Below are positions 60,954 through 64,000 of a stretch of 64,000 bases of DNA, one piece after another (positions within the stretch are counted from its first letter, which is position 1; each line of letters opens with the position of its first letter). The notes under the pieces were generated by a model. It was given only the letters and a program-made list of their open reading frames with translations, was not told the origin of the DNA and did no database searches. The stretch is from assembly GCF_030013595.1 (NCBI RefSeq), contig NZ_CP122768.1; one strand, 5' to 3'. The translations under genes were made by a program, and so were the position numbers. This DNA is from Escherichia coli (lineage in GTDB: Bacteria; Pseudomonadota; Gammaproteobacteria; Enterobacterales; Enterobacteriaceae).

Positions 60954-63525
60954 ACCGGTAGGCGATCTGGTCGTTGATTTAAGTCTGGATGCGGCCAGAT
61001 TTGACGAGCAGATGGCCAGAGTCAGGCGTCATTTTTCCGGTACGGAAATTGATGCGAAAAAAACAGCGGCAGTCGTTGAACAGTCGCTGAGCCGACAGGC
61101 GCTGGCTGCACAGAAAGCGGGGATTTCCGTCGGGCAGTATAAAGCCGCCATGCGTATGCTGCCTGCACAGTTCACCGACGTGGCCACGCAGCTTGCAGGC
61201 GGGCAAAGCCCGTGGCTGATCCTGCTGCAACAGGGTGGTCAGGTTAAGGACTCCTTCGGCGGGATGATCCCCATGTTCAGGGGGCTTGCCGGTGCGATCA
61301 CCCTGCCGATGGTGGGGGCCACCTCGCTGGCGGTGGCGACCGGTGCGCTGGCGTATGCCTGGTATCAGGGCAACTCAACCCTGTCCGATTTCAACAAAAC
61401 GCTGGTCCTTTCCGGCAATCAGGCGGGACTGACGGCAGATCGTATGCTGGTCCTGTCCAGAGCCGGGCAGGCGGCAGGGCTGACGTTTAACCAGACCAGC
61501 GAGTCACTGACGGCGCTGGTGAATGCCGGTGTGCGTGGTGGTGAGCAGTTTGAGGCGATCAGCCAGAGTGTGGCGCGTTTCTCCTCTGCATCCGGCGTGG
61601 AGGTGGACAAGGTCGCTGAAGCCTTCGGGAAGCTGACCACAGACCCGACGTCGGGACTGACAGCGATGGCACGTCAGTTCCATAACGTGACGGCGGAGCA
61701 GATTGCGTATGTTGCTCAGTTGCAGCGTTCCGGAGATGAAGCCGGGGCATTGCAGGCGGCGAACGAGGCCGCAACGAAAGGGTTTGATGACCAGACCCGC
61801 CGCCTGAAAGAGAACATGGGCACGCTGGAGACCTGGGCAGACAGGACAGCACGGGCATTCAAATCCATGTGGGATTCGGTGCTGGATATTGGTCGCCCGG
61901 ACACTGCCCAGGGAATGCTGGAGAAAGCAGAAAAGGCTTTTGATGAGGCGGACAAAAAATGGCAGTGGTATCAGAGCCGGAGCCACCGGCGCGGTAAAAC
62001 CTCAGCATTTCTTGCCAATCTCCGGGGAGCATGGGAGGACAGAGCGAATGCGCAACTTGGGCTTTCAGCCGCCACGTTGCAGGCCGATCTTGAAAAGGCC
62101 AGAGAGATGGCAGCAAAGGACTGGGCCGAGTCTGAGGCATCACGGCTGAAATATACCGAAGAGGCGCAGAAGGCTTACGAACGCCTGCAGACGCCGCTGG
62201 AGAAATATACCGCCCGTCAGGAAGAACTGAACAAGGCACTGAAGGACGGGAAAATTCTGCAGGCAGATTACAACACGCTGATGGCGGCGGCGAAAAAGGA
62301 CTATGAAGCGACGCTGAAAAAGCCGAAACAGTCCGGCGTGAAGGTGTCTGCGGGCGATCGTCAGGAAGACAGTGCTCATGCTGCCCTGCTGACGCTTCAG
62401 GCAGAACTCCGGACGCTGGAGAAGCATGCCGGAGCAAATGAGAAAATCAGCCAGCAGCGCCGGGATTTGTGGAAGGCGGAGAGTCAGTTCGCGGTACTGG
62501 AGGAGGCGGCGCAACGTCGCCAGCTGTCTGCACAGGAGAAATCCCTGCTGGCGCATAAAGATGAGACGCTGGAGTACAAACGCCAGCTGGCTGCACTTGG
62601 CGACAAGGTTACGTATCAGGAGCGCCTGAACGCGCTGGCGCAGCAGGCGGATAAATTCGCACAGCAGCAACGGGCAAAACGGGCCGCTATTGATGCGAAA
62701 AGCCGGGGGCTGACTGACCGGCAGGCAGAACGGGAAGCCACGGAACAGCGCCTGAAGGAACAGTATGGCGATAATCCTCTGGCGCTGAATAACGTCATGT
62801 CAGAGCAGAAAAAGACCTGGGCGGCTGAAGACCTGCTTCGCGGGAACTGGATGGCAGGCCTCAGGTCCGGCTGGAGCGAGTGGAAAGAGAGTGCCACGGA
62901 CAGTATGTCGCAGGTTAAAAGTGCAGCCACGCAGACCTTTGATGGTATTGCGCAGAATATGGCGGCGATGCTGACCGGCAGTGAACAGAACTGGCGCAGC
63001 TTCACCCGCTCCGTGCTGTCCATGATGACAGAAATTCTGCTTAAGCAGGCAATGGTGGGGATTGTCGGGAGTATCGGCAGCGCTATTGGCGGGGCTGTTG
63101 GTGGCGGCGCATCCGCGTCAGGCGGTACAGCCATTCAGGCCGCTGCGGCGAAATTCCATTTTGCAACCGGAGGATTTACGGGAACCGGCGGCAAATATGA
63201 GCCAGCGGGGATTGTTCACCGTGGTGAATTTGTCTTCACAAAGGAGGCAACCAGCCGGATTGGCGTGGGGAATCTCTACCGGCTGATGCGCGGCTATGCC
63301 ACCGGTGGTTATGTCGGTACACCGGGCAGTCTGGCTGACAGCCGGTCGCAGGCGTCCGGGACGTTTGAGCAGAATAACCATGTGGTGATTAACAACGACG
63401 GCACGAACGGGCAGATAGGTCCGGCTGCTCTGAAGGCGGTGTATGACATGGCCCGCAAGGGTGCCCGTGATGAAATTCAGACACAGATGCGTGATGGTGG
63501 ACTGTTCTCCGGAGGTGGACGATGA
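60946..63525 (+). CDS. H: Tape measure protein gpH
   Basis: 859 aa, MAEPVGDLVVDLSLDAARFDEQMARVRRHFSGTE.... The central segment differs from lambda H as I remember it. Confidence 0.93.
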   Translation: MAEPVGDLVVDLSLDAARFDEQMARVRRHFSGTEIDAKKTAAVVEQSLSRQALAAQKAGISVGQYKAAMRMLPAQFTDVATQLAGGQSPWLILLQQGGQVKDSFGGMIPMFRGLAGAITLPMVGATSLAVATGALAYAWYQGNSTLSDFNKTLVLSGNQAGLTADRMLVLSRAGQAAGLTFNQTSESLTALVNAGVRGGEQFEAISQSVARFSSASGVEVDKVAEAFGKLTTDPTSGLTAMARQFHNVTAEQIAYVAQLQRSGDEAGALQAANEAATKGFDDQTRRLKENMGTLETWADRTARAFKSMWDSVLDIGRPDTAQGMLEKAEKAFDEADKKWQWYQSRSHRRGKTSAFLANLRGAWEDRANAQLGLSAATLQADLEKAREMAAKDWAESEASRLKYTEEAQKAYERLQTPLEKYTARQEELNKALKDGKILQADYNTLMAAAKKDYEATLKKPKQSGVKVSAGDRQEDSAHAALLTLQAELRTLEKHAGANEKISQQRRDLWKAESQFAVLEEAAQRRQLSAQEKSLLAHKDETLEYKRQLAALGDKVTYQERLNALAQQADKFAQQQRAKRAAIDAKSRGLTDRQAEREATEQRLKEQYGDNPLALNNVMSEQKKTWAAEDLLRGNWMAGLRSGWSEWKESATDSMSQVKSAATQTFDGIAQNMAAMLTGSEQNWRSFTRSVLSMMTEILLKQAMVGIVGSIGSAIGGAVGGGASASGGTAIQAAAAKFHFATGGFTGTGGKYEPAGIVHRGEFVFTKEATSRIGVGNLYRLMRGYATGGYVGTPGSLADSRSQASGTFEQNNHVVINNDGTNGQIGPAALKAVYDMARKGARDEIQTQMRDGGLFSGGGR

Positions 63526-63851
63526 AAACCTTCCGCTGGAAAGTGAAACCCGGTATGGATGTGGCTTCGGCCCCTTCTGTAAGAAAGGTGCGCTTTGGTG
63601 ATGGCTATTCCCAGCGAGCGCCTGCCGGGCTGAATGCCAACCTGAAAACGTACAGCGTGACGCTTTCTGTCCCCCGTGAGGAGGCCACGGTACTGGAGTC
63701 GTTTCTGGAAGAGCACGGGGGCTGGAAAGCCTTTCTGTGGACGCCGCCTTATGAGTGGCGGCAGATAAAGGTGACCTGCGCAAAATGGTCGTCGCGGGTC
63801 AGTATGCTGCGTGTTGAGTTCAGCGCAGAGTTTGAACAGGTGGTGAACTGA
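63522..63851 (+). CDS. M: Minor tail protein gpM
   Basis: 109 aa, MKTFRWKVKPGMDVASAPSVRKVRFGDGYSQRAPAGLNANLKTYSVTLSV.... Confidence 0.92.
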   Translation: MKTFRWKVKPGMDVASAPSVRKVRFGDGYSQRAPAGLNANLKTYSVTLSVPREEATVLESFLEEHGGWKAFLWTPPYEWRQIKVTCAKWSSRVSMLRVEFSAEFEQVVN

Positions 63852-64000
63852 TGCAGGATATCCGGCAGGAAACACTGAATGAATGCACCCGTGCGGAGCA
63901 GTCGGCCAGCGTGGTGCTCTGGGAAATCGACCTGACAGAGGTCGGTGGAGAACGTTATTTTTTCTGTAATGAGCAGAACGAAAAAGGTGAGCCGGTCACC
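63851..64000 (+). CDS. L: Minor tail protein gpL, 3' end beyond window
   Basis: ATG at 63851 overlaps the M stop. MQDIRQETLNECTRAEQSASVVLWEIDLTEVGGERYFFCNEQNEKGEPVT. Confidence 0.9.
   Translation, partial: MQDIRQETLNECTRAEQSASVVLWEIDLTEVGGERYFFCNEQNEKGEPVT

Noticed and set aside
61419-63783. Long antisense and alternative-frame ORFs inside the tape measure gene H
   Set aside because: Same reasoning. H is continuous and lambda-like, and the others are Arg/Pro-rich artefacts.

Overview
Escherichia coli chromosomal window: the mlc-ynfK-clcB-dmsD-ynfHGFE / ynfD-ynfC-speG-ynfB-ynfA-rspAB locus, followed by a lambdoid prophage inserted in ydfJ that runs past the window end. All identifications were made by eye from the supplied translations, my own reading of the DNA, and my memory of E. 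coli K-12 and phage lambda proteins. No searches were run, so family names are recollection and not database hits. Three layers of mobile DNA stand out. (1) ynfE is cleanly split by a 9.44-kb insertion (8812-18241) bounded by an 11-bp direct repeat. Without its IS it is a ~6.7-kb island coded entirely on one strand. It carries a frameshifted tyrosine integrase, 3x44-bp tandem repeats, five T7/T3/SP6-type phage-RNA-polymerase promoter look-alikes (two tandem pairs), two KilA-N paralogues, and a scaffold-like plus HK97-like capsid gene pair. It has no RNA polymerase, replicase, terminase, portal, tail or lysis genes. I interpret it as a candidate satellite of a T7-like phage, and it is the most interesting thing in the window. 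(2) Two apparently identical 2700-bp IS66-family copies in inverted orientation, each with an intact 8-bp target duplication. One sits inside the island control region and the other inside the prophage integrase. (3) The prophage has a Qin-like early, lysis and moron region (DicA/DicC-like switch, dicF, dicB, ydfA/D/E, flxA, relBE-hokD, rem, ydfU, quuQ, cspF/B/I, essQ-rrrQ-rzpQ/rzoQ, ynfN, gnsB, ydfO). This is joined to an almost lambda-identical cos-nu1-A-W-B-C-nu3-D-E-FI-FII-Z-U-V-G/T-H-M-L morphogenesis block. It also carries an AT-rich P-loop NTPase moron and an rve-type transposase. No CRISPR array, rRNA or tRNA was seen.
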